Shown here piece by piece: positions 28,934 to 38,443 of a stretch of 64,000 nt of DNA (positions within the stretch are counted from its first letter, which is position 1; the number at the start of each line of letters is the position of its first letter). Made by a program: the position numbers and the translations under genes. Under the pieces are notes generated by a model. That model was not told the origin of the DNA. It was given only the letters and a program-made list of their open reading frames with translations, and did not search any database. This stretch comes from Bacilli bacterium (GTDB lineage: Bacteria > Bacillota_I > Bacilli_A > RF39 > UBA660), in contig JAQVKM010000003.1 of assembly GCA_028694645.1 (NCBI GenBank), positions 1,297-65,296 of the forward strand. The letters are read 5' to 3'.

Positions 28934-30772
28934 CTATAAATATTTTTCAGCTATTCTTTTCATTTCTGTTTCTAATTTAAATTTAAGAACATAATCTTTA
29001 AATCCTTCTTCTAAATAATGTTCTTTTATTATTTCTTTATTTTTTTCTAACATTATTATAACTGGTGTTTTAAATTTATCTATTTTTTGTAATTCTTGTA
29101 ACGTAGCTAATCCTGTATCTGGGATCATATCATCATCCATCAAAATTAAATCAAATTTTTGATTTGTTTTGATTTTTTCCACACAATCACTTCCATACAT
29201 AGTTGTTACTATTTCGACATTATGTTCTTTTAATCTTCTTGTTATTTCCTCTAATTTTTCTTTAGAGTCATCTACTATTAATATTCTTTTGTTTTTAAAC
29301 AGATTTTTAGAATGTTTTTCTAAATTAATTTTGGTTTCATCTTTTTTTACTTTTTGTTCAATTACTAATATAAACTCTGAACCTTTTCCTTCATCACTTT
29401 TTATTAATATATTGCCACCTAATAATTTAATTATTTTAGCAGCTATATTTAAATTTAAATTAATTTTATCTAATATTTTTGTATCTTCTTCTGTTAATTC
29501 TTGATCTAAGCTTAATAGCTCATTTACTTTATCAATAGACATTCCACATCCTGTATCTTCTACTGATATAATAAGACGACAAACATCATTTTTAGTTATA
29601 GCATCAACATTTAAAGCTATGAAACCATCTTTTGTATATTTAATTGCATTTTCTAATAATGTTGTTATAATTTGTTTTAATTTAACACTATCTCCATATA
29701 GTATTTTTGGAATGCTTTGATTAATATTAAATTTAAAATCAATTTTTTCATTTATTTGATTTTTATATTTAGAATAAATTTCAGCAAATAAAGAATTAAC
29801 ATTATAAGTACTAGACATCATTTTAATATTATATGAATCAATTGATGAGATTCCTAAAACATTATTTACTACTGACCTTAATTGTTTAGAACTATATTCA
29901 ATATATTTTATCCCTTTTTCTATAGTTTCTGGTTCTTTAGATTGTTTCATTATATTATTTACTTTTATTATATCTTCAATTGGTTGTCTTACTTCTTGGG
30001 CCATTCTAAATAAAAAGTTAGATTTATCTTCATTTGTTTTTTCTATTAATCTTCTATTTTGATTTAATTCTTGTATTGTTTTAACATCTGGATTTTCAAT
30101 TGTAAAATACATTAAAATTGTAATAAATGTTGATACAAATGATACAACTAATAAATCCGGATAATTAAATTGTATTGCAGCTCCTATCAAGGCCATAATT
30201 ATATATAAAATAATTGGTGTTACTTTTTTTCTTTTAACATATTTTAAACGTGATAAAACTCTTATTATCCAAACCATGATTAATGTAGCTGTAAAAAAAT
30301 ATGTGAAATTAGCACTTGGACCAAAAGAATAAACATAGTCTTTAGTCGCTACAAAATGAAGTGGTAATATAAATATTGTTAGTACACTTAATAATCCTAC
30401 AAAAACAGCCAGAAAAGTTGTTCTTCGACCTACTTTATTAGCTTTTTCTTTGTCATTTCTTGAAATAGTAAAAACATATACAGATAATGTTGATAACCAT
30501 ACAATCAACATTACTAAAAAAAGTTTGGCAAAGAAAATATTTAATAATGGATATTGATCCATATTGTAGATAAATGATACGCTTATTATGTCGACAACTA
30601 ATAATACAGCATCAAAAATCATTAAAAAAGCATATATGTTATTTTCTAACAACTTTATTCTTCTTTTAGAAAAAAATACATATATCAATAATACTATATA
30701 AAACAAACTACAAATTTGAAATAAAAAACTTCCTATCATCTTATTCACCAACCTATTATAATAATATATCAT
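28934..30772 (-). CDS. Hybrid sensor histidine kinase/receiver protein (612 aa), paralog of 24488-26305, also lacking the H-box His
   Basis: The same architecture. The DHp segment is EDKSNFLFRMAQEVRQPIEDI. The receiver domain and gene 3' end are nearly identical to the paralog, while the N-terminal TM sensor region is different. Confidence 0.75.
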   Translation of the reverse strand: MIYYYNRLVNKMIGSFLFQICSLFYIVLLIYVFFSKRRIKLLENNIYAFLMIFDAVLLVVDIISVSFIYNMDQYPLLNIFFAKLFLVMLIVWLSTLSVYVFTISRNDKEKANKVGRRTTFLAVFVGLLSVLTIFILPLHFVATKDYVYSFGPSANFTYFFTATLIMVWIIRVLSRLKYVKRKKVTPIILYIIMALIGAAIQFNYPDLLVVSFVSTFITILMYFTIENPDVKTIQELNQNRRLIEKTNEDKSNFLFRMAQEVRQPIEDIIKVNNIMKQSKEPETIEKGIKYIEYSSKQLRSVVNNVLGISSIDSYNIKMMSSTYNVNSLFAEIYSKYKNQINEKIDFKFNINQSIPKILYGDSVKLKQIITTLLENAIKYTKDGFIALNVDAITKNDVCRLIISVEDTGCGMSIDKVNELLSLDQELTEEDTKILDKINLNLNIAAKIIKLLGGNILIKSDEGKGSEFILVIEQKVKKDETKINLEKHSKNLFKNKRILIVDDSKEKLEEITRRLKEHNVEIVTTMYGSDCVEKIKTNQKFDLILMDDDMIPDTGLATLQELQKIDKFKTPVIIMLEKNKEIIKEHYLEEGFKDYVLKFKLETEMKRIAEKYL

Positions 30773-30813
30773 TGTATTTTAAAAGTCAAACTTTTGTATT
30801 TAAAAAAAACAAA

Positions 30814-31539
30814 TTACTTTGTAATTTGTCTTTTTAATTCTAATACTTTTTCTTGAGTATATTCACATATTTCTTCTGGTCTTAATTTTCTATCACTTAT
30901 TTGACTTGGTTTAAAAGGTTCTCCAATTGAAACCGTTATTTTTTCAGAAGGAACTAACCATTGAGAAAAATTTCTTGTTTTTCCTAAATCAATATAAGTT
31001 GGAACGATATATGGATCTAATTTAGGAGCACTTACGAAAGCTCCTTTTTTAAATTCACTTATTTCATCTCCATAGTGATTTGCACAACCCTCTGGAAATA
31101 CTACTGTACAACCATTTGCAATTGAATTTGACATTGCTTTCATTTGTTTTTTTATTTCATCCATATCACTTGTTTCTCTATCTATAGATATACAATTGAT
31201 TGATTCAATATATTGTTTTAATATTGGTACATTATATAATTCTTTAGCTGTTGCAAAACTAGTTGGTCTATCAATTATTGATAATAAAATCAATATATCA
31301 AAGAAACCTCTATGATTTGGTGTTATTAATGTAGATGCATCTGTTGGAATATTTTCTGCTCCTATGACATCAAAACTTATATTTAAATCATTTATTATTT
31401 TATTAGCTATTTCTTGACATAAAGCATAATTATTTTGAAAGTCATCATTTAATCTGTTTTTTTCTTTAGACATTAAAAATAATAATTTTATTAAAGATTT
31501 TGTAGCTAATAAATTCATTTTTGATACTTTATTTTCCAT
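30814..31539 (-). CDS. Lysophospholipid acyltransferase (PlsC / LPLAT family)
   Basis: The NHRGFFD block (HX4D acyltransferase motif I) and the FPEG block (motif III) are present. It is a 241-aa soluble-type acyltransferase fold. Confidence 0.7.
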   Translation of the reverse strand: MENKVSKMNLLATKSLIKLLFLMSKEKNRLNDDFQNNYALCQEIANKIINDLNISFDVIGAENIPTDASTLITPNHRGFFDILILLSIIDRPTSFATAKELYNVPILKQYIESINCISIDRETSDMDEIKKQMKAMSNSIANGCTVVFPEGCANHYGDEISEFKKGAFVSAPKLDPYIVPTYIDLGKTRNFSQWLVPSEKITVSIGEPFKPSQISDRKLRPEEICEYTQEKVLELKRQITK

Positions 31540-31554
31540 TTTATTTTCCCCCTT

Positions 31555-32523
31555 TTACTTTCTTTTAATGAAAGAAAGTTTTTTTCCACATTCTAAACCA
31601 GTTATTGCTGATTTATTAGGAATTATATCATATATAGTTTGTTTATCTATTTCAGATAACATAATTAAGTTTTCTATTTTATTTATTATTTCTGATGTAG
31701 CTATTTGAGCTTTATTATATAAATCCCAAAAGCTATCATTTGATTTTATTTCTTTATTCTCATCTAATGCCCACATATTTAGCCATTCTTTATTAGATGC
31801 GTTATCATACTTACTTAGTTCATTAAGCCATTTTTCATTATAGAAAAAATCCTGTGCTCTTAATCTAACAACTGGATCAGTTATTTTACATAATGTTTCT
31901 TTCCAACTAATTGGATCATAACGATATGTTTTCAAATAAGTTGTCATTCCATTAAATGACATTTCTATTTTTTTACCTACTCCATTTATATTATACGTTT
32001 TTATCATAGCTTCATCAATATTTTTGACAAATTTTGCATTATTTACTTCATTATACTCAAAATCTTTATACATTTTATAATGTTTAGGATCTTCTTTAAC
32101 TCTATTTTTAATCATATATGAATCAAATATTGTTTCAATTGTTCCATGTAACCATGGTCCATGAATTGATGGCAAGTAATCTCTACAGTATGTCATTAAA
32201 AATGGATGAAAATAACTATCTAGTACGTGATGTGATATATATCCATATAAATATAATCTAACATTTTCATCATTAATTATATTGTTTTCTTTAGCTGTTT
32301 TTAAATAATTATATACAAATTCTTGAAATCCATAATTACTAATTATTAATGAAATATTTCTATTTTTTTGAAATAAAAGTAATTGAATATATAATAGTAA
32401 GTCATGTCCTTGTGCATATATATTATTGTTTTTTCCAATTAAATTCTTATCATAATTATTATTTAAGATACTATTTTTAATACTATCTTTAAAAAATTCA
32501 TTATGTACAGCTGGTCCAGCCAT
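31555..32523 (-). CDS. Hypothetical protein, possibly zinc-dependent phospholipase C / P1-nuclease-like
   Basis: An N-terminal His lies in MAGPAVHNEF. A SHHVLDSYFHP cluster resembles the H-x-D-x-H zinc-ligand cluster of Zn-PLC/P1 nucleases. The overall assignment is weak. Confidence 0.3.
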   Translation of the reverse strand: MAGPAVHNEFFKDSIKNSILNNNYDKNLIGKNNNIYAQGHDLLLYIQLLLFQKNRNISLIISNYGFQEFVYNYLKTAKENNIINDENVRLYLYGYISHHVLDSYFHPFLMTYCRDYLPSIHGPWLHGTIETIFDSYMIKNRVKEDPKHYKMYKDFEYNEVNNAKFVKNIDEAMIKTYNINGVGKKIEMSFNGMTTYLKTYRYDPISWKETLCKITDPVVRLRAQDFFYNEKWLNELSKYDNASNKEWLNMWALDENKEIKSNDSFWDLYNKAQIATSEIINKIENLIMLSEIDKQTIYDIIPNKSAITGLECGKKLSFIKRK

Positions 32524-32650
32524 AATACCCCCTCATTTCCAATTATAGTTATGATTTTTTTATTCTTTTATATTGTTTTACAAGTACCAAATAAAGGCAA
32601 TTGCTTCAACAATGCCCGTTATACTAACATAAATTCGTATTATTGTCAAA

Positions 32651-34312
32651 TTATGCTGTTTGATATTTAAATCTTTTTACTTTCAATGTTGTTGTTTTTT
32701 CAAATTCTTCTGTTTTTATATTAAATTTTGTTATATGTTTATATGCAGGTAATTTAGCATTTGTTTTTTTAATATAAGTATCTATAATTTCTATAACTTG
32801 TTGTTCATATTTTGGATTTTCAATTATTTTATTAGCTATTACATCTTCTAAAACAATATCCACAACTAAAGCTAATTTATTATTTTCATTATTTATAGAA
32901 TAAACTAAAGATTCTTTTATTATTTCATTTTTATTAATTAAGTATTCTATTTCTTCAGGATAAATATTTTCTCCATTACTTGCTACAATCATGTTTTTTT
33001 CTCTACCAGTTAAATAATAAAAATTCTTTTTGCCTAAATATCCTAAGTCTCCTGTATGATAAAATCCATCTTCATCAAATACTTCTTTATTTGCTTGTTC
33101 ATTATTGTAATAACCTAACATTACTTGAGGTCCTTTAACAGCTATTTCACCTATACCTTTATCGTTTGGATTACATATTTTTATTTCAGTATCAGGCATT
33201 ATTAATCCTATTGAATCATCTTCGAATTTTTTTTCTTCATTTACTGTTATAAGAGGTGAACATTCACTTGTTCCATATCCTTGAATAACACCAAATCCTA
33301 AAGCTCTTAAATAAGAAGATACTTCAACATTAGCGGCAGCTCCACCAACTATAAAAACTCTTATCTTACCTCCAAATTCAGCATGAATTTGATTAAATAT
33401 TTTTTTCTTTATTAATTTAAATTTTTTTGTCATTGAACAGTATGTAACCAGTTTATTAATAACTTCACTTTTTTCTTTATTATCAATAGCGGTTTTAATA
33501 CGTTTATGAAAAATTTCCATTATTCTTGGTACGGCAAGAATTACAGTTGGATTAATAAGTTTGAAATTTTTTAATGTGTTCTTTAAAGAATCATTATATG
33601 CTATAGTAGCTCCAGAGCAAAGAGGAACTATTAATCCACAAGTATTTTCAAATGCATGATGTAATGGTAACAGTGATAAAAATACATCGTTATTATTAAT
33701 ATCAATGCTTGATTTAGCTTGTAAAGCATTTTTAATAATATTATTATGTGATAACATTACTATTTTTGATTCTGAAGTTGTTCCTGATGTAAATAAAAAT
33801 TGAGCTATATTGTAATCATCTATTTCGATATCAATATAATCTTTATTACCTTTATTTATTTCAAGTTTCCCTATTTCTTGTAAAACTTGAATATTGTTTT
33901 TTTCAGTTTTATCCATTGATATATAGTTTTTAATTGTTATTTTTTCTTTAATGTTTTTAATTCTTTCATTAAATTCATCTGAATATATTAATGTATCAGC
34001 TTCTATTCTATTTATACAAGTAATAATTTCTTCATCTGATAATTCTTTATCAAGTGGTACTGTAATTGAATTACTACAAATGCTTGTTAAAAAAGAAATT
34101 GCCCATGTTGAACTATTTTTACCAATAATAACTGTTCTTTTAGGATTTAAAAAACTCATTCCTGTTCCTAAATATTGTATTTCTTGTAATATTTGTGCAT
34201 ATGTTTTTTTATTTAATTTACCATCATTTATGTCAATTAAAGCTATATTTTCTGAATATTTATTACAAACATCATATATCATTTCCTTTAAATTATTATA
34301 TTTGTAAATCAT
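32651..34312 (-). CDS. Long-chain-fatty-acid--CoA ligase-like AMP-binding enzyme (FadD/FACS-like)
   Basis: FTSGTTSESKIVMLSHNN (AMP-binding P-loop), QGYGTSECSP (A5), YHTGDLGYL...GREKNMIV...GENIYPEEIE (A7/A8 hinge region), C-terminal KVKR. Confidence 0.8.
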   Translation of the reverse strand: MIYKYNNLKEMIYDVCNKYSENIALIDINDGKLNKKTYAQILQEIQYLGTGMSFLNPKRTVIIGKNSSTWAISFLTSICSNSITVPLDKELSDEEIITCINRIEADTLIYSDEFNERIKNIKEKITIKNYISMDKTEKNNIQVLQEIGKLEINKGNKDYIDIEIDDYNIAQFLFTSGTTSESKIVMLSHNNIIKNALQAKSSIDINNNDVFLSLLPLHHAFENTCGLIVPLCSGATIAYNDSLKNTLKNFKLINPTVILAVPRIMEIFHKRIKTAIDNKEKSEVINKLVTYCSMTKKFKLIKKKIFNQIHAEFGGKIRVFIVGGAAANVEVSSYLRALGFGVIQGYGTSECSPLITVNEEKKFEDDSIGLIMPDTEIKICNPNDKGIGEIAVKGPQVMLGYYNNEQANKEVFDEDGFYHTGDLGYLGKKNFYYLTGREKNMIVASNGENIYPEEIEYLINKNEIIKESLVYSINNENNKLALVVDIVLEDVIANKIIENPKYEQQVIEIIDTYIKKTNAKLPAYKHITKFNIKTEEFEKTTTLKVKRFKYQTA

Positions 34313-34364
34313 ATTTTCACCCCTTTTATTGCCGTGTATTATATCATTTTATTAAATTTTGTCA

Positions 34365-34395
34365 AATTTTATTAAAAAAAATCCCTTTAAGGGAT
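34365..34395 (-). terminator. Terminator hairpin (aaatccc-tttaa-gggattt) with a T-run on the minus strand
   Basis: A perfect 7-bp GC-containing stem is followed by TTTTTTTT on the minus strand, downstream of the gene at 34398-34895. Confidence 0.6.
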
Positions 34396-34397
34396 TT

Positions 34398-34895
34398 TTA
34401 TATTATTGCTTTTAAAACTCCAAATGATAATATCATCATTATGATACTTGCCATTATTACTCCAATTGTAGTAGCTAAAAAAGCCTTTTTTCTATCCATT
34501 TCTAAAACAGAAGCGATTAAACATCCAGTCCATGCGCCTGTTCCAGGAAGTGGTATTCCAACAAATATTATTAATCCCCAAAAACCATATTTTTCGATAT
34601 TTTCTTTTTTAGCATTTACTTTTTTATCTAAAAATAAAGCTACTTTATTAAGAGATTTACTATTTCTCATCCATTTTAAAATACTACTCATAAACCATAA
34701 TATAAATGGAACTGGTAGCAAATTCCCTATAATGGAAATTATGTAACTTGTCACTGGATTTAAATCAAGTAAAGCAGCAGCTAATAAGCCTCCTCTTAAT
34801 TCCAATATAGGCATTAAAGAGATAATAAATACTGTTACTTCTTTTCCTAATCCACCAAATATATTTATAAATAATTCTACTATATTTTCTACCAT
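34398..34895 (-). CDS. Small membrane protein, putative small multidrug export protein family (COG2426-like)
   Basis: A 165-aa protein with 4 TM helices. The IPLPGTGAWTG motif is characteristic of this family. Confidence 0.5.
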   Translation of the reverse strand: MVENIVELFINIFGGLGKEVTVFIISLMPILELRGGLLAAALLDLNPVTSYIISIIGNLLPVPFILWFMSSILKWMRNSKSLNKVALFLDKKVNAKKENIEKYGFWGLIIFVGIPLPGTGAWTGCLIASVLEMDRKKAFLATTIGVIMASIIMMILSFGVLKAII

Positions 34896-34921
34896 AAAAC
34901 ACCTCTTTTTATTTATTGCAA

Positions 34922-35563
34922 TTATAACATATTATTATTAATTTTGATATGCTTTTTAATTATATCTATGTAAATTATTAAATATGCTGATGATATACAA
35001 AGCCCAGCTATTACATCACTAGCATAATGAACACCTAAATAAATTCTACTAATACAAATTAATATTATTACTAATATAAATAAAAGTGATAATAATATTT
35101 TTAAATTTCTTTTTATATTTGTTTTTAATATTAAATAAATAATAAATCCATAAAAAGCTAATGAAACCATCGCGTGAGCACTTGGAAAACTATATCCTGT
35201 CTCATCAACTAACACAAAAATATTAGGTCTTTGTCTTTGAAACAAAAATTTTAATATTTGATTTAAAATAACGACATTAATTAAATTAAGAGCTATTAAT
35301 TTACCATATGTTTTTTTCTTAAATATAATAAGAGCTAATAAAGTTAATAATATTACTACAAAAGCCCCGGCTAATGAAGTTATGATTTTATAATAATTTG
35401 TATTATAATCATTTATTTTTGGAAATATATAATCATATATGATTTGATCAAAATTATATATTTTATTTGTTTTCATTAAATAAGCTAGAAAAAAGAAAAT
35501 AATCAAAAATGTTATAACAATTATTTTTTTGTTTTTTTTAATTAAATTATACATTTCAATCAA
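34922..35563 (-). CDS. PAP2-family lipid phosphatase (PgpB/BcrC-like)
   Basis: The three PAP2 motifs are present: KFLFQRQRP (KX6RP), PSAHA (PSGH), and SRIYLGVHYASD (SRX5HX3D). Confidence 0.8.
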   Translation of the reverse strand: MIEMYNLIKKNKKIIVITFLIIFFFLAYLMKTNKIYNFDQIIYDYIFPKINDYNTNYYKIITSLAGAFVVILLTLLALIIFKKKTYGKLIALNLINVVILNQILKFLFQRQRPNIFVLVDETGYSFPSAHAMVSLAFYGFIIYLILKTNIKRNLKILLSLLFILVIILICISRIYLGVHYASDVIAGLCISSAYLIIYIDIIKKHIKINNNML

Positions 35564-35640
35564 CTCCTAAAACATTATATCATAACTTATTTGTTAATTT
35601 TAAAAAAATATGATAAAATATTTGAAGTTGAGGTGGTAAT

Positions 35641-36189
35641 ATGTTTAAAAAACTAGATATTTTAGATGAAAAAGATAAACTTCTAAGACAAACTAGTAAA
35701 GAAGTTACTTTTCCTTTATCTAAAGAAGATAAAAAAATAATACAACAAATTATTGATCATTTAACATATAGTCAAATTGAGGAATATGAAGAAAAATATG
35801 ATTTGAGACCTGGTATGGGGCTTGCGTTTCCACAACTTGGTTTATTAAAAAGAATTATTGTTGTTGTATATGAATATAATGAAGGAAAATTTGATAATTA
35901 TGTTATAATTAATCCTACAATAGTTAGTAATTCTAAAGAATTAATTGCAGCTGAGGCTGGTGAAGGTTGTTTAAGTGTTAATCGTGAGGTTGAAGGTCAT
36001 GTTCCACGATTTGCTCGTGTAACAATTGAAGGTTTTGATGAAGATGGAAATAAAATTAGAGTTCGAGCTAGAGAAGATTTATCTATAGCATTTCAACATG
36101 AAATAGATCATTTAAATGGAATATTATTTTATGACAAAATAAATAAAAATAAACCCTTTTTTAATGAACACGAAATGCGATTAATTTAA
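35641..36189 (+). CDS. def: Peptide deformylase
   Basis: Motif I GLAFPQLG, motif II EGCLS, motif III QHEIDHLNG. Confidence 0.9.
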   Translation: MFKKLDILDEKDKLLRQTSKEVTFPLSKEDKKIIQQIIDHLTYSQIEEYEEKYDLRPGMGLAFPQLGLLKRIIVVVYEYNEGKFDNYVIINPTIVSNSKELIAAEAGEGCLSVNREVEGHVPRFARVTIEGFDEDGNKIRVRAREDLSIAFQHEIDHLNGILFYDKINKNKPFFNEHEMRLI

Positions 36190-36219
36190 AATATATCATA
36201 AAAGATATATTTTTTTTTA
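36190..36219 (+). terminator. Rho-independent terminator after def
   Basis: atatatc-ataaaa-gatatat followed by T9. Confidence 0.55.
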
Positions 36220-36240
36220 TTTTTAAACATAAATTATAAT

Positions 36241-37533
36241 ATGAGAAAAATAAAAAATAAATTTTATAAATCAACTTTAATTTTAATTATTGGTGGTTTA
36301 ATTACTAAAGTACTAGGTATGTTTAATAGAATTATCACAACTAGATTAATTGGTTCTGAGGGTATTGGTATTTATATGTTATTATTACCCACTTTTATGT
36401 TATTTATTTCTTTATCACAATTAGGATTTAATGTAGCTGTAAGTGTTTGTGTAAGTGAAAATAAATTTAATAACAAAAAATTAGTATTAAATATTATTCC
36501 TGTTTCTTTATTGATTAATTTTGTTTTATTTTTAATTATATTATTTTCGGCTTCTTTTATATCTAATAATTTACTTCATGAAACTAGAACTTATTATGGT
36601 ATTTTAGCTATAGGATTTGTTTTACCTTTTATAAGTATTTCTTCTATTATACGCGGATATTTCTTTGGTAAACAAAATATGTTTCCGCATGTTATTTCTA
36701 ATATTATAGAAGATATTTTTCGCCTTATAATCTTAATTTTATTTATTCCTCTTTTTATACAAAAAGGCCTTTCTTTTGCAATATTCTTTTTAGTTATTTC
36801 TAATACTCTAAGTGAACTTATTTCAATAATTGTTTTAATTCTTTTTTTACCAAAGAGAAATATTGATAGGTCAGATTTTATTATTAATAAAAAATATATT
36901 AAAACGATATTTAATATTGGAATTCCAACTACTGGAAGTAGAATTATAGGAAGTATTGGTTCTTTTTTAGAGCCTATTATAATGACTTATGTGTTGCTTA
37001 AAATCAATTATTCTAAATCTTTTATAATTAATGAATATGGTATTTTAAATGGTTATGTTCTTCCTATTTTAATGCTCCCTTCTTTTTTTACCTTAGCTAT
37101 ATCTCAAGCACTCATTCCTATAATAAGTGAAAATTATAATAAAAATAAATTATACACAAAAAACAAGCTTAAACAAGCTTTACTTTTATCTTTTATTATT
37201 GGAATCTTTTTTACTGTTATAATTGAACTTTTCCCATCTTTTATTTTAAAATTAATTTATAATACAAATAATGGTATTACTTATTTACAGATAATTGCTC
37301 CAATATTTTTATTGTCTTATATACAGACTCCTTTAACAAGCTGTATGCAAGCTATGAATAAAGCTAAAGAAGCTATGAATGGAACTATCATTGGGGTTAT
37401 AATTAGAACCTTATTATTATTTATTTTAAGTTATTTAAAAATTGGTTTATGGGGGCTTGTAATAGCAATGAGTACTAATATTCTTTTTGTAACAATTCAT
37501 CATTATTTGTATATTAAAAAATTTTTTAAATAA
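36241..37533 (+). CDS. MOP-superfamily oligosaccharide/lipid-II flippase-like membrane protein (SpoVB/MurJ/Wzx-like)
   Basis: A 430-aa protein with about 12 TM helices and a typical polysaccharide-biosynthesis-protein N-terminus (LIIGGLITKVLGMFNRIITTRLIGSEGIGIY). Confidence 0.55.
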   Translation: MRKIKNKFYKSTLILIIGGLITKVLGMFNRIITTRLIGSEGIGIYMLLLPTFMLFISLSQLGFNVAVSVCVSENKFNNKKLVLNIIPVSLLINFVLFLIILFSASFISNNLLHETRTYYGILAIGFVLPFISISSIIRGYFFGKQNMFPHVISNIIEDIFRLIILILFIPLFIQKGLSFAIFFLVISNTLSELISIIVLILFLPKRNIDRSDFIINKKYIKTIFNIGIPTTGSRIIGSIGSFLEPIIMTYVLLKINYSKSFIINEYGILNGYVLPILMLPSFFTLAISQALIPIISENYNKNKLYTKNKLKQALLLSFIIGIFFTVIIELFPSFILKLIYNTNNGITYLQIIAPIFLLSYIQTPLTSCMQAMNKAKEAMNGTIIGVIIRTLLLFILSYLKIGLWGLVIAMSTNILFVTIHHYLYIKKFFK

Positions 37534-37534
37534 A

Positions 37535-37560
37535 TAAAAAAAGTAGTTTTCTACTTTTTC
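37535..37560. terminator. Bidirectional terminator between convergent genes
   Basis: aaaaagtag-tttt-ctacttttt. Confidence 0.55.
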
Positions 37561-38432
37561 ATCATTTCACTAATTGTTGAAGTTAAGCTAGCTATATTTT
37601 GTAACTCTGATGGAATTATTATCTTAGTTGATTGTCCATCAGCTACTTTAGCTAGTGCTTCTAAACTTTTTAATGTTAAAACAGCTTGATCGGCCTTAGC
37701 ATCTTTTAACATTTTAATTCCTTCTGCTTCAGCTTTTTTTAATGTCAAAATTGCTTCAGCTTCTCCTTCTGCCATTTTAATTTGCGATTCTTTATGAGCT
37801 TCAGCTCTTAAAATAGCACTTTCTTTTTCACCCTCAGCTATTAAAACACTAGATTTTTTTTCACCTTCAGCTTGTAATATTTTTTCTCTTCTTTCTCTTT
37901 CAGCACGCATTTGTTTTTCCATCGCTTCTTGAATATCTCTTGGTGGAATGATGTTTTTAACTTCAACTCTATTTACTTTTATTCCCCATGGATCAGTAGC
38001 TTCATCTAGTATTGAACGCATTTTAGAATTAATTATATCTCTTGATGTTAATGTTTGATCTAATTCTAAATCACCAATCAAATTACGCAATGTTGTTGCT
38101 GTTAAGTTTTCAATTGCATTAATAGGATTTTCAACTCCATAAGTATATAATTTAGCATCTGTTATTTGAAAATAAACAACTGTATCTATTTGCATTGTAA
38201 CATTATCTTTAGTTATAACTGGTTGTGGTGCAAAATCTTTTACTATTTCTTTTTGAGTTACTATATTTGATATTCTATCTAAAAAAGGTATTTTGATATG
38301 TAATCCATTACGCCAAGTTTCATGATAAGAACCAATTCTTTCTATAACATATACTTTTGCTTGTGGTACAACTTTAATATTAGGTAATACTAATACTACA
38401 ACTAAAATAAGTAAAATAATTAATATATCCAT
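37551..38432 (-). CDS. SPFH/band-7 (stomatin/prohibitin-like) protein
   Basis: An N-terminal TM segment, then an SPFH core (VIERIGSYHETWRNGLHIKIPFLDRI...), then a long Ala/Glu-rich coiled-coil tail. Confidence 0.85.
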   Translation of the reverse strand: MDILIILLILVVVLVLPNIKVVPQAKVYVIERIGSYHETWRNGLHIKIPFLDRISNIVTQKEIVKDFAPQPVITKDNVTMQIDTVVYFQITDAKLYTYGVENPINAIENLTATTLRNLIGDLELDQTLTSRDIINSKMRSILDEATDPWGIKVNRVEVKNIIPPRDIQEAMEKQMRAERERREKILQAEGEKKSSVLIAEGEKESAILRAEAHKESQIKMAEGEAEAILTLKKAEAEGIKMLKDAKADQAVLTLKSLEALAKVADGQSTKIIIPSELQNIASLTSTISEMMKK

Positions 38433-38443
38433 AATTCACTTCC

